Below are positions 1 to 9,846 of a DNA stretch of 51,123 nucleotides, one piece after another. Origin of the DNA: a virus (lineage: Duplodnaviria > Heunggongvirae > Uroviricota > Caudoviricetes). The notes beneath the pieces were generated by a model, which did not search any database, had not been told where the DNA came from, and was given only the letters and a program-made list of their open reading frames with translations. The stretch lies in the IMG/VR virus record IMGVR_UViG_638341087_000015, positions 1 through 51,123 of that record; one strand, given 5' to 3'. Each line of letters opens with the position of its first letter. Positions within the stretch are counted from its first letter, which is position 1. The translations under genes and the position numbers were made by a program.

Positions 1-1236
1 CTATGATAACCGCGCATTCAACATAGCTACCTGTTCGTCGTTCATGTCATCAATCCACATACCGTAAATTTCATACACCATCTGCGCAGTTTCATGCCCC
101 ATCTGGCTGGCTATAAATGCCGGGTTCGCTCCTGCCGTCAACAACCAGCAGGCAAAAGTATGCCGCGTATGGTACGGATTACGGCGGCGAATACCAGCAC
201 GTTTTACTGCTGCATTCCATCTCGCCCCCAGACTGCTTACCGAGTAATAAGGTTTCTGTTTTCCGTTACACACCCTGGGCATGAAAACAAAATGCAGTTT
301 TTGCTTTTCGGTTCTGCCGTACTCCCGATGATAAAAAGTGATTTCGCTTTTGCGATGATGCCCGGTTAGTTTGTATTGCTCCTTCAGTGCTTCAATAGCA
401 GGCCGCAGTAGTGTTACCGTCCGAATCCCCGCATTTGTTTTTGGGGGACCGAACATATCAAGTATCGTCAGGTTTCTTCTGACATTCACAATTCCCTTCT
501 CGAAATCCACATCCTCCCACGCCAGAGCAGCCAGTTCCCCGTGACGAAGCCCGGAGTAAACGGCAAATTTCCACAAGTTCTGGCTCTGTCCTTTTTCACT
601 TTCCATTAATGCATTGAATTCTGTTTTAGATAACGGATCAGGCTTTATTCTGTTTCGCTGTAATTTTTTTACTCCTTCAAATGGTTTGGTTGATATAAAT
701 CCCGACTGATACGCAAAACGTAACAACGAACAGAGCAGGGCGATATAGTTATCAACTGTGCGCACGGTTCTTCCTTTTTTGTTGGATCTTGGATTATCCA
801 GGTAAAGCGTTTCTCCATGCAGCAGTTCATTCCGGTAGTTTAAGATATCGCTATAACGAATATGTGATATTGGGGTACTCTCACAAATTATTATCCTGAG
901 TGTTTTTAATTGTGATTTCGTTTTCTTCATTGTATTTGTTGTTAACTCTGTCTCTTTAATTTTTGTCCAGATATCACAAAGCTCCCCGAACGTTTTTATG
1001 ACCCTCGTTGTCACCATTTTTGCCCCAGTGCTGGACTGGGGGAAACGTCTTAAATACTCAAATTCACCGGAATTGATTTCATGAACTATCAACGCTCTTA
1101 AATTCCCGGCTTTTTTAATGTTACAGTTAGTAACCTCCCAGCCTTTCAATGTTTCCCGACATCGTTTTCCTCGAAACATGAACCAGATGCGAATGTATTT
1201 ACCTCGAATCTCGACACCTGTTGGTAATTTAGACAT
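1..1236 (-). CDS. intR: Phage integrase, tyrosine recombinase (Rac-type)
   Basis: 411-aa ORF at the prophage edge; stop codon is the first three bases of the window; sits at the left end of a Rac-type gene order (int-xis-ydaC-ralR-recT-recE). Confidence 0.85.
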   Translation of the reverse strand: MSKLPTGVEIRGKYIRIWFMFRGKRCRETLKGWEVTNCNIKKAGNLRALIVHEINSGEFEYLRRFPQSSTGAKMVTTRVIKTFGELCDIWTKIKETELTTNTMKKTKSQLKTLRIIICESTPISHIRYSDILNYRNELLHGETLYLDNPRSNKKGRTVRTVDNYIALLCSLLRFAYQSGFISTKPFEGVKKLQRNRIKPDPLSKTEFNALMESEKGQSQNLWKFAVYSGLRHGELAALAWEDVDFEKGIVNVRRNLTILDMFGPPKTNAGIRTVTLLRPAIEALKEQYKLTGHHRKSEITFYHREYGRTEKQKLHFVFMPRVCNGKQKPYYSVSSLGARWNAAVKRAGIRRRNPYHTRHTFACWLLTAGANPAFIASQMGHETAQMVYEIYGMWIDDMNDEQVAMLNARLS

Positions 1237-1237
1237 A

Positions 1238-1453
1238 TCATGAGTCTTTGATAAACTGATTTATCTTTGGATAGTTGTACCAGATAATCCCTCGCTTACT
1301 GTCTGGCTTCCCTAAAGGAGATACTCGTTTGAAGTGGAAGCCTTCCACCCAACAGTTCTGGCGGTATGCTTCAATTTGTCTGGCCCCCAGACCAGTGCGA
1401 AGCATCAGGCCGTATTCAACCATCCACTCTTCATTAAAGATTACTTGTGCCAT
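1238..1453 (-). CDS. xis: Excisionase-like protein (71 aa from the internal ATG)
   Basis: Small ORF immediately upstream of int with 1-bp spacing; the track's first start is TTG at 1477, the ATG at 1453 gives the 71-aa Rac ydaQ/xisR size. Confidence 0.65.
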   Translation of the reverse strand: MAQVIFNEEWMVEYGLMLRTGLGARQIEAYRQNCWVEGFHFKRVSPLGKPDSKRGIIWYNYPKINQFIKDS

Positions 1454-1552
1454 CGCATCACCTCTGGCAGGCGCCAATGTTAGACTGAAATTGACGCCCG
1501 ATGTTGATTATTAATAATCAGCTATGAAGTTTTAATTTGAATACAATGCAAT

Positions 1553-1741
1553 TCACGAGGACTGAAGTTGCTCGCAATTAAAATTTATCAGTTTTACTTT
1601 CTGCTCTCTGGAAACGCCTGCTTCTTTTTTACCTGAGAGCATTTTTTCGCATTCTGATTTGGTTAATTTTGTTTTTGAGTACCTTGTCCAGTTAGTAGGA
1701 GTGCCACCTTCCTTTTCAATAGTGGCGGTAATTTTATACAT
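1553..1741 (-). CDS. Hypothetical small protein (YdaC-position)
   Basis: ORF 1553..1813 trimmed to the internal ATG at 1741, which has a GGAGG 6 nt upstream and overlaps the ralR stop by 8 nt. Confidence 0.45.
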   Translation of the reverse strand: MYKITATIEKEGGTPTNWTRYSKTKLTKSECEKMLSGKKEAGVSREQKVKLINFNCEQLQSS

Positions 1742-1928
1742 GAACACCTCCATTATTATTTCCAGTGGTTCGTTTATTCCATCGTTCGAGTGCTTCTTTT
1801 TCACTTCCACCATAGCCGGTTCGGGATTCGCATCCGTTACACTTCGCGCGGTAATATCCTGAAATGGCTTTCACCGTTACTGATGGACAACCACAAAAAG
1901 GACATGGTTTGACTTTTTCATACCGCAT
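1734..1928 (-). CDS. ralR: Restriction alleviation protein Lar/RalR (64 aa, Cys4 zinc ribbon)
   Basis: KPCPFCG...CNGCESRTG motif; 64 aa from the ATG at 1928 with purine-rich RBS; position between ydaC and recT as in Rac. Confidence 0.75.
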   Translation of the reverse strand: MRYEKVKPCPFCGCPSVTVKAISGYYRAKCNGCESRTGYGGSEKEALERWNKRTTGNNNGGVHV

Positions 1929-1991
1929 TGTCTTTTCTCTCATAAAATAAAATTTTGTGATGGCGGTGAGGCTACACCGCCAAAGTCAATA

Positions 1992-3044
1992 TCAGGAGCC
2001 GATATATTCTGGTTTCATATCTGTCAGTGTCGTTTTATACGCCTCATATAATTCACCCAGATGTGGCCGGGCAGCATTCAGCGTATTTTCCAGAGCAGTA
2101 AATTTTTGTTCTGCTTCTGGATCACCTGAAGAAGGTAGGTCATTTATCATCTTCTCGATACGGGCAATAGCATTGAGACGGTGATGACGCTGAACCACTT
2201 TTCCTTTAAGTTCCGTATAGAGAGCGCCAAGTGTATTTTTATGATCTTCCACTTCCTGGCGAAGTGCTGTTGTTTCCCCGGTGCTTTGTGCCTGCTCAAT
2301 ACGTTCACGGAAAGCATCGATCCAGTTTTCCCCGGCATCCTGCTCAATAATTGTTGTTGCACGTTCCGCGCGGCAAGCGGAAGTGTTTTTATGTTCCTGA
2401 ACCGGATTAATGATTTTTTCCTGTGGCTCGTCCAGTTCGTCCCTGGTGTACACTCCAAGAATCACTTCGGGGCAATAAAGGCGCGCCCAGCGTTTCAGCG
2501 CTAGATAGGCAAGCTGCTGGCGAGGATCGTCGGCCCATAGCGTTGAGTTACGTGTTCTGGCCTGCGCCAGAAGTAATTCCAGTACGCGTGGTTTACTTTC
2601 GCCGCGTAGTGTTGCCTGGACACGAACACCGATCCCGTTTTCATCGGCCAGCTTCCAGCCAGGTACACGATATTCTTTCCCTTTGTCGCTCTTCCTGATT
2701 TCAAATTTCCCGATAATTTTTTCCCACGGCCCGAACCAGTCATATTCAATACGCCCGGTTAGCGGCCCACGAGTACTGATTACGGCATTAACCAGTTGCG
2801 CTTCATATCCGAGCACACCATTCACAACGAAAGTTTTCTGAGCTACTGCGTAAGGGTTCATTTGCCACTGCATCGCCTGCATGGTGATGGCCATGCAGTC
2901 TGATGGATTTCCCCGGAGGTGTTCCGGTACAGTAGCCATGCCGGAAGCCATTACCTGGGAAAATGTCTGAATTGCAGCCAGGGACTGAGGGCTGAAAACC
3001 GCAACATTAGAGTTAATATTTTCTTGTTGAGTTAATTCGTTCAT
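1992..3044 (-). CDS. recT: Putative ssDNA-annealing recombinase (RecT position)
   Basis: 350-aa ORF directly downstream of the recE-like gene with 11-bp spacing and a GGAAGG RBS; assignment by synteny, the sequence does not match the K-12 RecT I recall. Confidence 0.55.
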   Translation of the reverse strand: MNELTQQENINSNVAVFSPQSLAAIQTFSQVMASGMATVPEHLRGNPSDCMAITMQAMQWQMNPYAVAQKTFVVNGVLGYEAQLVNAVISTRGPLTGRIEYDWFGPWEKIIGKFEIRKSDKGKEYRVPGWKLADENGIGVRVQATLRGESKPRVLELLLAQARTRNSTLWADDPRQQLAYLALKRWARLYCPEVILGVYTRDELDEPQEKIINPVQEHKNTSACRAERATTIIEQDAGENWIDAFRERIEQAQSTGETTALRQEVEDHKNTLGALYTELKGKVVQRHHRLNAIARIEKMINDLPSSGDPEAEQKFTALENTLNAARPHLGELYEAYKTTLTDMKPEYIGS

Positions 3045-3055
3045 TGTGTCCTTCC

Positions 3056-6000
3056 TCAGATGCTCAGTGCTTCAAGACGACGAAGATCAAAGTCGTTTAA
3101 TTCGTCGGTATAACTTTCGGTAATCGGTGCTGGCCAGTTGTTTGTCTCCAGGGCTTCGTTTATCTGGCGTAGCGTCCGGCGATATTCCTGTCGACCAAGT
3201 TCCAGGAGTTCCTGCGAGGCTTCCACGACTGCCACCCAGTGATAGCCAGCATCTTTGTTGACGAAGATCCAGAAAAATTTGTCCAGGTTTGCCACATCGC
3301 AATACATTGCGGCGCTGAGGTGATAATCACGCTCAATAATTTCACGGTGCAGGCGATCTTTAAGTCGTTCCTGTCGCACATAACCGAGGCTGACTGACTT
3401 CACGTCAGCGCAAATGCTTTCGTATGGCAGCCGGATTTCGATATCAGGACGGACCCTGATTTCCAGCCCGGTTTCTTCATCAAACCCGAAATAGCTGATT
3501 TCAGATTTGCGATCCGGGTGGTTGAGTAGCCTTGCTGCATCGGTATTGTTTTGCAGTGCCGCGTGAATATTTTTTGCCTGTTCATACATCTCCGGACTGA
3601 TAAACGTTTTCCCGGCATTTTCTTCTTGCTGGCGTTTTTGCCAGTCCTCCAGTGTCACCAGTTCCGGGCGAATTTTCCGTGCGATTTCGGTTAATTGCTC
3701 TTTTGTGCCACTGATGTTGTAAGGCAAAGATTTAGCACGTTCTTTTTTTGCCAGTTCTGGGTCTACAGTTTCAATTTGATCCAGAAGCTGCTCCCGTGCT
3801 CCACTGGTTTTCAACAGAGGAGGGAGGCTTGCGTTGTATTCTTTAATACAGGCTTTCATTGCTGATGCTGTGTGTTTTTCCCCCTCAGGAATACGCCGAA
3901 ATTCCACCGGAAGCGAACCGTAAAGGATGCCTGTTTCTTCGGCCCCGGCACTTACAGACAGTGGCTGTATAAGAGTGCTGTTGTAGCTTTCGATCCACTC
4001 TTTCATCTGCTCTGGTGTCATCAGTGCTGGCAGACTGGCATTGTGTTTTTTAATGATGGCGATCAGTTCGCTAGAAGTAGTAACCACATATTCAGGAACC
4101 GGTACCGGAATGGCATATTCATCAGCGAATTTATCCGTTTCCAGAACATAGCTGTGAATGATCCGCCCACGCAGCAGTGCATCACTTTCCTCGTTCGGAA
4201 TAGTTCCGGCAATGTGCCGTCCGTGGTAATACATCAGGCTGATACGGGCATCCTTCAGCATCGTGCTGCTTATTCCGTTGGCGGAGTGATAAACCTCGTT
4301 CGGGAGGTTTTCATAGCGGCCAGGCTCGAAATATGACGGCCACATGATTTCAGTTGCTACAGGAGCTGACGCTTCACCAGTTTCATCACTGCAATCACGA
4401 TGCGGATCGCTGCCAGCATTCTCATTGTGCGGATGTTCAGCGCCTTCCATTTCCACCGGATCTTTTTCCTTAGCTTCAACCTGATTCTCTTCATCGAATG
4501 TTTCCTGGTATGTTGCGTCGCCCGTCACCGCCCCACAGTCAGGGCAGTTATCTCCGCCAGTCTGACCGCAGGCATTGCAGACTATTTCCGGTTCCTGTTG
4601 CACTACTGCCTCAGGTTGTTTCACATCCGGGCTGGTTTTTTCCGTTTCTGGCTGGTTCTGGTACACAGAATCGCGAGTCTGGATCCCCTTAACCCATTTC
4701 GGATCGTTCGGGTCGCTAACTCCGTCAACAAATTCACCACGTGATGCAGCAAGCAATTTATCGGCATCGACAGGATTTTTTGATGGAATGTTTTTCCGGG
4801 CTTCATGGAGTTCTGCCCGCAGTTCCTGATATTTCGCATCAACAGAATTTACCTGTGACTGAGCATCCAGCGGCTGCGTGTCCTGATGATGTTCAGTTGC
4901 GTCCGGTTCCATTGTTTCAGCCTCTCCCTGTTCAACTGCCGTTGTTCCAGATGGTTGCGGTTTTTCTTCATCATCCTGTTTTCCTTCTTCTGTTACTCGC
5001 TGCGGCATCGGGGCAGAGGAGCGACCGCAGGCAATATCCACGATTTCCGGATCAGGGTTGGCATGATCGGTTTCAGTCAGTACTTTGTTCAGATATTCAG
5101 TGACGTGCGCGGGGATGACCTCGATCCCAATTGGTGCTTCTTTTACGGACGCAACCACGATGGCGCGGGAATAATCCAGCCCGCCAGGCATGGTGATGAA
5201 TTTGTCGCGGAAAACAGAAAAGGGCGGTTTATTTTCAGCGATAATTTCCTCAATGCGTTTAGCGTGTGCCGGATGAAGGTTATAGATGTCCAGATCCATT
5301 GAACGGGCCAGTACGCCAGTGGCTACGTCGCGCGCCAGTGACGTCAGATCGTGTACGAAACCTTCGCCGCGATCGGTGAGGTTTCCGCCGCCAGCATTAG
5401 CACCGGAAGCCGTGCGAGTGATGTGTGAAACACGATTACCCTTCATCCACTCTTTTGTCAGCAGTCCTCGATCGGTGTAGTCAGCGTTCAGGTATGCTTC
5501 GAAAAAAGCAGTTATCAGTCCCAGGTTTGAATTACCAGGATTAGGGAAAACTTTGTCAGTGTCACGAACCAGTTTGTGGAGATCGCGAATTTCCAGCGGG
5601 TCGAGCAGGCTGGTTTTGTGGGAAACAGCCAGGGCAGTAACAGCCGGTAGTTCTTCAGCCCGAGCAATGTGTAATGCCTGGAGTCCGTCGCGTGAAACGT
5701 GCGTTACCGGTTTTTCGCTGCCGTGTTGAGCAAGCCAACGAATGGGCAGTTCCTGGCCAGAAATTGGGAGTAGCATATTCTCCTCAATCTCAGTCATGTC
5801 TTCGCCGTTGACGTTGGTATTGCCTTGATAGTGAGCGTTGTCTGGTGCTGCTCCCGGTTTTAGTTCCCATGTCATGGAGTCTTTGCTGAGTTGATAGCGT
5901 TCACTCCAGGTAAAATCGATCTCACCTTCAGCGGGCAGGTCATTAACGACAGGAAAATTCGTGGCAACAGCTTTAAAATAGCTGCTCAGTTTTTTACCTG

Positions 6001-6127
6001 ACTTAACGATCAGGTAGTCCAGAGTGGCACAGGTCGATTCAAAATCGTCGCTTGCCCACAGGACGACGTCAGGTTCACCGGATGATTTTTTCGCTTTCCG
6101 TAACAGGAAGAGTGGTTTTGTGCTCAT
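3056..6127 (-). CDS. recE: Exodeoxyribonuclease VIII-like protein (RecE-like), 1023 aa
   Basis: Large ORF upstream of the recT-position gene; C-terminal region carries a PD...D-x-K style motif (RPDIEI...ADVKS); central acidic region with a CNACG...CPDCG cysteine cluster. Confidence 0.65.
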   Translation of the reverse strand: MSTKPLFLLRKAKKSSGEPDVVLWASDDFESTCATLDYLIVKSGKKLSSYFKAVATNFPVVNDLPAEGEIDFTWSERYQLSKDSMTWELKPGAAPDNAHYQGNTNVNGEDMTEIEENMLLPISGQELPIRWLAQHGSEKPVTHVSRDGLQALHIARAEELPAVTALAVSHKTSLLDPLEIRDLHKLVRDTDKVFPNPGNSNLGLITAFFEAYLNADYTDRGLLTKEWMKGNRVSHITRTASGANAGGGNLTDRGEGFVHDLTSLARDVATGVLARSMDLDIYNLHPAHAKRIEEIIAENKPPFSVFRDKFITMPGGLDYSRAIVVASVKEAPIGIEVIPAHVTEYLNKVLTETDHANPDPEIVDIACGRSSAPMPQRVTEEGKQDDEEKPQPSGTTAVEQGEAETMEPDATEHHQDTQPLDAQSQVNSVDAKYQELRAELHEARKNIPSKNPVDADKLLAASRGEFVDGVSDPNDPKWVKGIQTRDSVYQNQPETEKTSPDVKQPEAVVQQEPEIVCNACGQTGGDNCPDCGAVTGDATYQETFDEENQVEAKEKDPVEMEGAEHPHNENAGSDPHRDCSDETGEASAPVATEIMWPSYFEPGRYENLPNEVYHSANGISSTMLKDARISLMYYHGRHIAGTIPNEESDALLRGRIIHSYVLETDKFADEYAIPVPVPEYVVTTSSELIAIIKKHNASLPALMTPEQMKEWIESYNSTLIQPLSVSAGAEETGILYGSLPVEFRRIPEGEKHTASAMKACIKEYNASLPPLLKTSGAREQLLDQIETVDPELAKKERAKSLPYNISGTKEQLTEIARKIRPELVTLEDWQKRQQEENAGKTFISPEMYEQAKNIHAALQNNTDAARLLNHPDRKSEISYFGFDEETGLEIRVRPDIEIRLPYESICADVKSVSLGYVRQERLKDRLHREIIERDYHLSAAMYCDVANLDKFFWIFVNKDAGYHWVAVVEASQELLELGRQEYRRTLRQINEALETNNWPAPITESYTDELNDFDLRRLEALSI

Positions 6128-6257
6128 TGTTTTTTAACCTCAACTCAGATTAAAATTCGTTTTGTTCAGTGAATGATCTTGCCGGATACACACTGTTCAT
6201 AGCCTGCGCCATACGCAGGCTATTTCTTTCAGATTTCACCTTTTAATTTCATTGCAA

Positions 6258-6503
6258 TTAGAGTTGCCAGAAATTCGGCTTTTTTTCTGCGGGCAGATTC
6301 TTTCCGGTATGCACCAGGCACATTTTTTTGACACCTTCGTGAAGTGTTTTAACGTTGCCTGATGGACCGTCGATATCAACCACAGTGAATGGGGTTTCTT
6401 TATTTTCTGTTTTAATCACGTAGCCAATACGCTTTCCTTCCAGATTAACTTCGTGAACAATGTCATCAGTAGTTACAACAGTGGCTTCATAACTGGTAAT
6501 CAT
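6258..6503 (-). CDS. racC: Hypothetical small protein (RacC-like)
   Basis: ORF 6258..6551 trimmed to the ATG at 6503, preceded by AAGGAG; position after recE as in Rac. Confidence 0.5.
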   Translation of the reverse strand: MITSYEATVVTTDDIVHEVNLEGKRIGYVIKTENKETPFTVVDIDGPSGNVKTLHEGVKKMCLVHTGKNLPAEKKPNFWQL

Positions 6504-6577
6504 GTTTTTCTCCTTAATTAAGGTTGAGCGAATCCCTGCCATTGCTGGCATAAATTCAGTTTCGCATAGTCAGTTAA

Positions 6578-6748
6578 TTAAAGTTCGTGTGCCATCTGGT
6601 CTTTTTCGGCACATATTTCACTACAATATTTTTTCATTTCCGTCGTTGGGATAACTCCACGCATGAAATGAAGTGGTCTTTTAATGCTTTTGCTTTCTTT
6701 AACTTCTTTATCGCAAAGGTGGTAAGCACATTTTATTTTCTTAGTCAT
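6578..6748 (-). CDS. ydaE: Small Cys-rich protein YdaE-like (56 aa)
   Basis: Not in ORF track (too short); manual translation gives [16 protein letters not shown]...KKYCSEICAEKDQMAHEL; start ATG overlaps the kilR stop (TGATG). Confidence 0.55.
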   Translation of the reverse strand: MTKKIKCAYHLCDKEVKESKSIKRPLHFMRGVIPTTEMKKYCSEICAEKDQMAHEL

Positions 6749-6969
6749 CACCATGACTCCGCCTTTACAGGTAAACCATCACGACCGAGGAAGACTTTAA
6801 TCATGCAGTCAGTAATGCATGTTTTTGTGGTCAGGTTTCGAATATAAAGTTTTCGCTTTTTAATATTGTTTGCCGAGGCAATATATGTCCGGCCGTTATG
6901 AAGAACATAATCACCAGGAGTCACACACTGACGAGGTATTTCATCAGTTCCGAAGTGATGAGCAATCAT
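6748..6969 (-). CDS. kilR: Killing protein KilR-like (73 aa)
   Basis: ORF 6748..6987 trimmed to the ATG at 6969 with GGAGA RBS; sequence [15 protein letters not shown]... matches my recollection of Rac KilR. Confidence 0.65.
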   Translation of the reverse strand: MIAHHFGTDEIPRQCVTPGDYVLHNGRTYIASANNIKKRKLYIRNLTTKTCITDCMIKVFLGRDGLPVKAESW

Positions 6970-7399
6970 AATTATCTCCATTTTCACAAATGAACTTTGT
7001 TGATGCGGTGCCTGGTGCCTCCAGGTGACGTTAACCAGTTAACAATTAACGCCGGATAATCCCCCCATAACACTGATGCTTTTAACTGTTCCGCGTGCGC
7101 TTAGCCGCATTCACCGCATCACAAAATTCACTTTAAAAAGGGCGGACATCAGCCGAACTTCAAGAAAAAACTGATGCCGCCAAGACTACACACAGCAATG
7201 TCGTTATTTACAACCGGAGGCGCACTCCCACCATTTAAATTTAACAGACAAGACCGACTCTTTATGGATATCGGAAATGCGCCTTCGTGTTGCGCCCAGT
7301 TTTATTTCACCACCTCCGGGCTTCGGTGGTCTCGGCTATACCCCTACAGCGAGAGCTTGTGTTAACATTTCAATACCCTTACAGTTGAGAGTTATTGAT

Positions 7400-7888
7400 A
7401 TGTTGGATGTATTTACTCCATTGTTGAAACTTTTTGCTAACGAGCCACTCGAAAGACTTATGTATACGATTATCATTTTTGGTCTCACTCTCTGGCTGAT
7501 ACCGAAAGAGTTTACTGTCGCATTCAATGCTTATACTGAAATACCTTGGCTCTTTCAGATTATCGTTTTTGCCTTTTCTTTCGTGGTCGCCATTTCCTTC
7601 TCAAGATTGCGAGCACATATTCAAAAGCATTATTCATTACTACCAGAGCAACGAGTATTGCTTCGTTTATCTGAGAAAGAAATAGCTGTATTTAAAGATT
7701 TCCTTAAAACAGGAAATCTTATTATCACTTCTCCTTGCCGTAACCCGGTTATGAAAAAATTAGAACGGAAGGGCATCATTCAACATCAGAGTGATAGCGC
7801 AAACTGTTCTTATTATCTCGTCACCGAAAAATACTCCCATTTTATGAAGTTATGCTGGAACAGCAGGAGTAGACGTTTTAATCGTTAG
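7400..7888 (+). CDS. sieB: Superinfection exclusion protein B-like membrane protein (162 aa)
   Basis: Hydrophobic N-terminus; 162 aa from the ATG at 7400; the upstream part of the tracked ORF (7277..) contains a hairpin and is probably non-coding. Confidence 0.6.
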   Translation: MLDVFTPLLKLFANEPLERLMYTIIIFGLTLWLIPKEFTVAFNAYTEIPWLFQIIVFAFSFVVAISFSRLRAHIQKHYSLLPEQRVLLRLSEKEIAVFKDFLKTGNLIITSPCRNPVMKKLERKGIIQHQSDSANCSYYLVTEKYSHFMKLCWNSRSRRFNR

Positions 7889-8040
7889 CTTACTGTGTGC
7901 TTCTCCAACCATCGGCGCGCACCAGTTTCGGTTTTAAATGTTTTGCTTTTGGTATACGTCATAGCAGTGAACGTTCCATCTTGGTTGGGGAACACGCCGC
8001 ACACCATGGATTCGTTATTGCCGAGGTCGATTTTTTGCAT
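7885..8040 (-). CDS. ydaF: Small protein YdaF-like (51 aa)
   Basis: Not in ORF track; manual translation MQKIDLGNNESMVCGVFPNQDGTFTAMTYTKSKTFKTETGARRWLEKHTVS; convergent with sieB. Confidence 0.5.
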   Translation of the reverse strand: MQKIDLGNNESMVCGVFPNQDGTFTAMTYTKSKTFKTETGARRWLEKHTVS

Positions 8041-8050
8041 TTTTCGCACC

Positions 8051-8185
8051 TCACATCTTGTTGTTGCGGATAGAGGCTTCTGCCTGCCAGAGATCCCAGT
8101 CGTTGCTGCGTAAAGCCTGCACAGCCTGGTTGTAAGTGATGCCGCAACAATCCATCAAATACTGAACTACTTCGTAATGCACCAT
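8051..8185 (-). CDS. ydaG: Small protein YdaG-like (44 aa)
   Basis: Not in ORF track; manual translation MVHYEVVQYLMDCCGITYNQAVQALRSNDWDLWQAEASIRNNKM, preceded by AAGGGGAGAG. Confidence 0.5.
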   Translation of the reverse strand: MVHYEVVQYLMDCCGITYNQAVQALRSNDWDLWQAEASIRNNKM

Positions 8186-8355
8186 CTTATCTCTCCCCTT
8201 AACGCCGGGTGGCGGAACTAACTGCTGCACTGCAAAATTTGAATCCCGCCGTCATGTTCATACGCCTCGGGCTGGCTACTTAACCCCTTACCACGGCCTG
8301 GTAACTCGAAGTATTGCCCGGCGTTCTGTGGGGCGGGGTGGGTGGTATGCTGGAG

Positions 8356-8420
8356 CTATAGGTAATGCCTAATTGATTGTCAATAGGCTATGCCTAATGT
8401 TTTGAGCGTAACCTAATAGG
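8356..8420. promoter_or_regulatory. Left operator-like cluster (TAGGC-N3-GCCTA half-site repeats) downstream of racR
   Basis: 8380..8399 tcaataggctatgcctaatg is the exact reverse complement of 9021..9040; additional related sites at about 8356..8373 and 8409..8420. Confidence 0.55.
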
Positions 8421-8492
8421 TGATGACGACAGGAGAAAGTGATGGGGAGTTAAATAACGGAATCCAGGAGTTTTCCGTCAGACCATATAAGT

Positions 8493-8969
8493 TTAAGTTC
8501 CAGTTTTTGTGATGTTCTGGCTTTTTCGTTCAGATTCTAGAGCTTTCAGATACTTACCCACTTTCATTTCCATCGCTGCTATGTAGGCGCGAACATCGTG
8601 GTCAACCCAATCTGGTTCTGTAGCATTTCCAGATAACAGGAAAGCTACAATCGCTCTTATTTCATCAGAGGCTGCTTGATAAAGGTTGTTTATATCTAAA
8701 AGTTCACTTTTTGTATCTGAATTGGTGGGGGTTGGTATGGGGTATTCGTTAAGCCCCCAATGCTCTGGACCAACAACATCAGAAAAGAAACGCCATAATT
8801 CTGGAAGTTTATCTTTACTTATGGAGCCTTTCTTAATCCAGTCATAAATTGATGGTGGTTGGACTTTGAAGTGGCGTGCGACCTCCGCCTTTGATTTGAC
8901 GGATCCCGATGCGATTTTTTTGTTAATGGCCTGCTCTATCGCTCGGCCTAAGTCTTTACCACTAAGCAT
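8493..8969 (-). CDS. racR: Prophage repressor RacR-like (158 aa)
   Basis: 158-aa ORF divergent from ydaS; flanked on both sides by operator-like repeats; size and position match Rac racR. Confidence 0.75.
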   Translation of the reverse strand: MLSGKDLGRAIEQAINKKIASGSVKSKAEVARHFKVQPPSIYDWIKKGSISKDKLPELWRFFSDVVGPEHWGLNEYPIPTPTNSDTKSELLDINNLYQAASDEIRAIVAFLLSGNATEPDWVDHDVRAYIAAMEMKVGKYLKALESERKSQNITKTGT

Positions 8970-8990
8970 TGCTTAATATTCTCCTATGCT

Positions 8991-9066
8991 CATTGCATTA
9001 GGCAATCCCTACCCTCATTGCATTAGGCATAGCCTATTGACATTTATGTTAGGCGTCGCCTAATAT
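8991..9066. promoter_or_regulatory. Right operator/promoter region between racR and ydaS
   Basis: Repeats cattgcattaggca (8991..9004 and 9017..9030), 20-bp element 9021..9040, palindrome ttaggcgtcgcctaa (9049..9063); TTGACA at 9036..9041 with TAATAT at 9061..9066 upstream of the ydaS start. Confidence 0.55.
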
Positions 9067-9092
9067 TTCTGTGTGTTTTTGGAGTTCATTCG

Positions 9093-9389
9093 ATGAAAAA
9101 AGAGAACTATTCATTCAAGCAAGCTTGTGCTGTTGTCGGTGGGCAATCAGCAATGGCTAGGCTTTTAGGTGTATCACCTCCAAGCGTAAATCAATGGATC
9201 AAAGGGGTACGTCAATTGCCTGCCGAGAGATGTCCAGCAATTGAACGTGCAACAAGAGGTGAGGTTCTGTGCGAAGAACTTCGTCCTGATATTGACTGGT
9301 CATATTTACGACGTTCGGCATGTTGTTCGCAGAATATGTCAGTGAAGCAACTAAATGACAGTAACAAATCCTCATTTGATCATACCTGA
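9093..9389 (+). CDS. ydaS: Cro-like HTH protein YdaS-like (98 aa)
   Basis: ATG with GGAG RBS; divergent from racR; 98 aa as in Rac ydaS. Confidence 0.7.
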   Translation: MKKENYSFKQACAVVGGQSAMARLLGVSPPSVNQWIKGVRQLPAERCPAIERATRGEVLCEELRPDIDWSYLRRSACCSQNMSVKQLNDSNKSSFDHT

Positions 9390-9411
9390 AACATCAAGAG
9401 GCAAATGATTC

Positions 9412-9834
9412 ATGAAAATCAAGCATGAGCACATCGAATCAGTGTTGTTTGCCCTAGCAGCCGAAAAAGGGCAGGCATGGGTAGCCAATGCCATTACTGA
9501 AGAATATCTGCGCCAGGGGGGCGGCGAATTGCCCCTGGTTCCAGGCAAGGACTGGAACAATCAGCAGAATATCTATCACCGTTGGTTGAAAGGTGAAACG
9601 AATGCGCAAAGGGAAAAAATTCAGAAATTGATCCCTGCGGTTCTGGCAATTCTTCCTCGCGAGCTGCGTCACCGACTCTGCATCTTCGATACCCTGGAAC
9701 GCCGTGCATTACTGGCGGCGCAGGAAGCGTTAAGTACGGCAATTGATGCGCATGATGATGCAGTCCAGGCCGTTTACCGGAAAGCGCATTTCAGCGGCGG
9801 CGGGTCTTCCGACGATTCTGTCATTGTTCATTAA
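9412..9834 (+). CDS. ydaT: YdaT-like protein (140 aa)
   Basis: Immediately follows ydaS; 140 aa as in Rac ydaT. Confidence 0.65.
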   Translation: MKIKHEHIESVLFALAAEKGQAWVANAITEEYLRQGGGELPLVPGKDWNNQQNIYHRWLKGETNAQREKIQKLIPAVLAILPRELRHRLCIFDTLERRALLAAQEALSTAIDAHDDAVQAVYRKAHFSGGGSSDDSVIVH

Positions 9835-9846
9835 GCAAAAGTTTCC

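Noticed and set aside
3872-5480. Several plus-strand ORFs inside recE
   Set aside because: All embedded antisense in the 1023-aa RecE-like gene.
6587-6847. 86-aa plus-strand ORF
   Set aside because: Overlaps the better-supported minus-strand ydaE and kilR genes and starts at GTG with no RBS.
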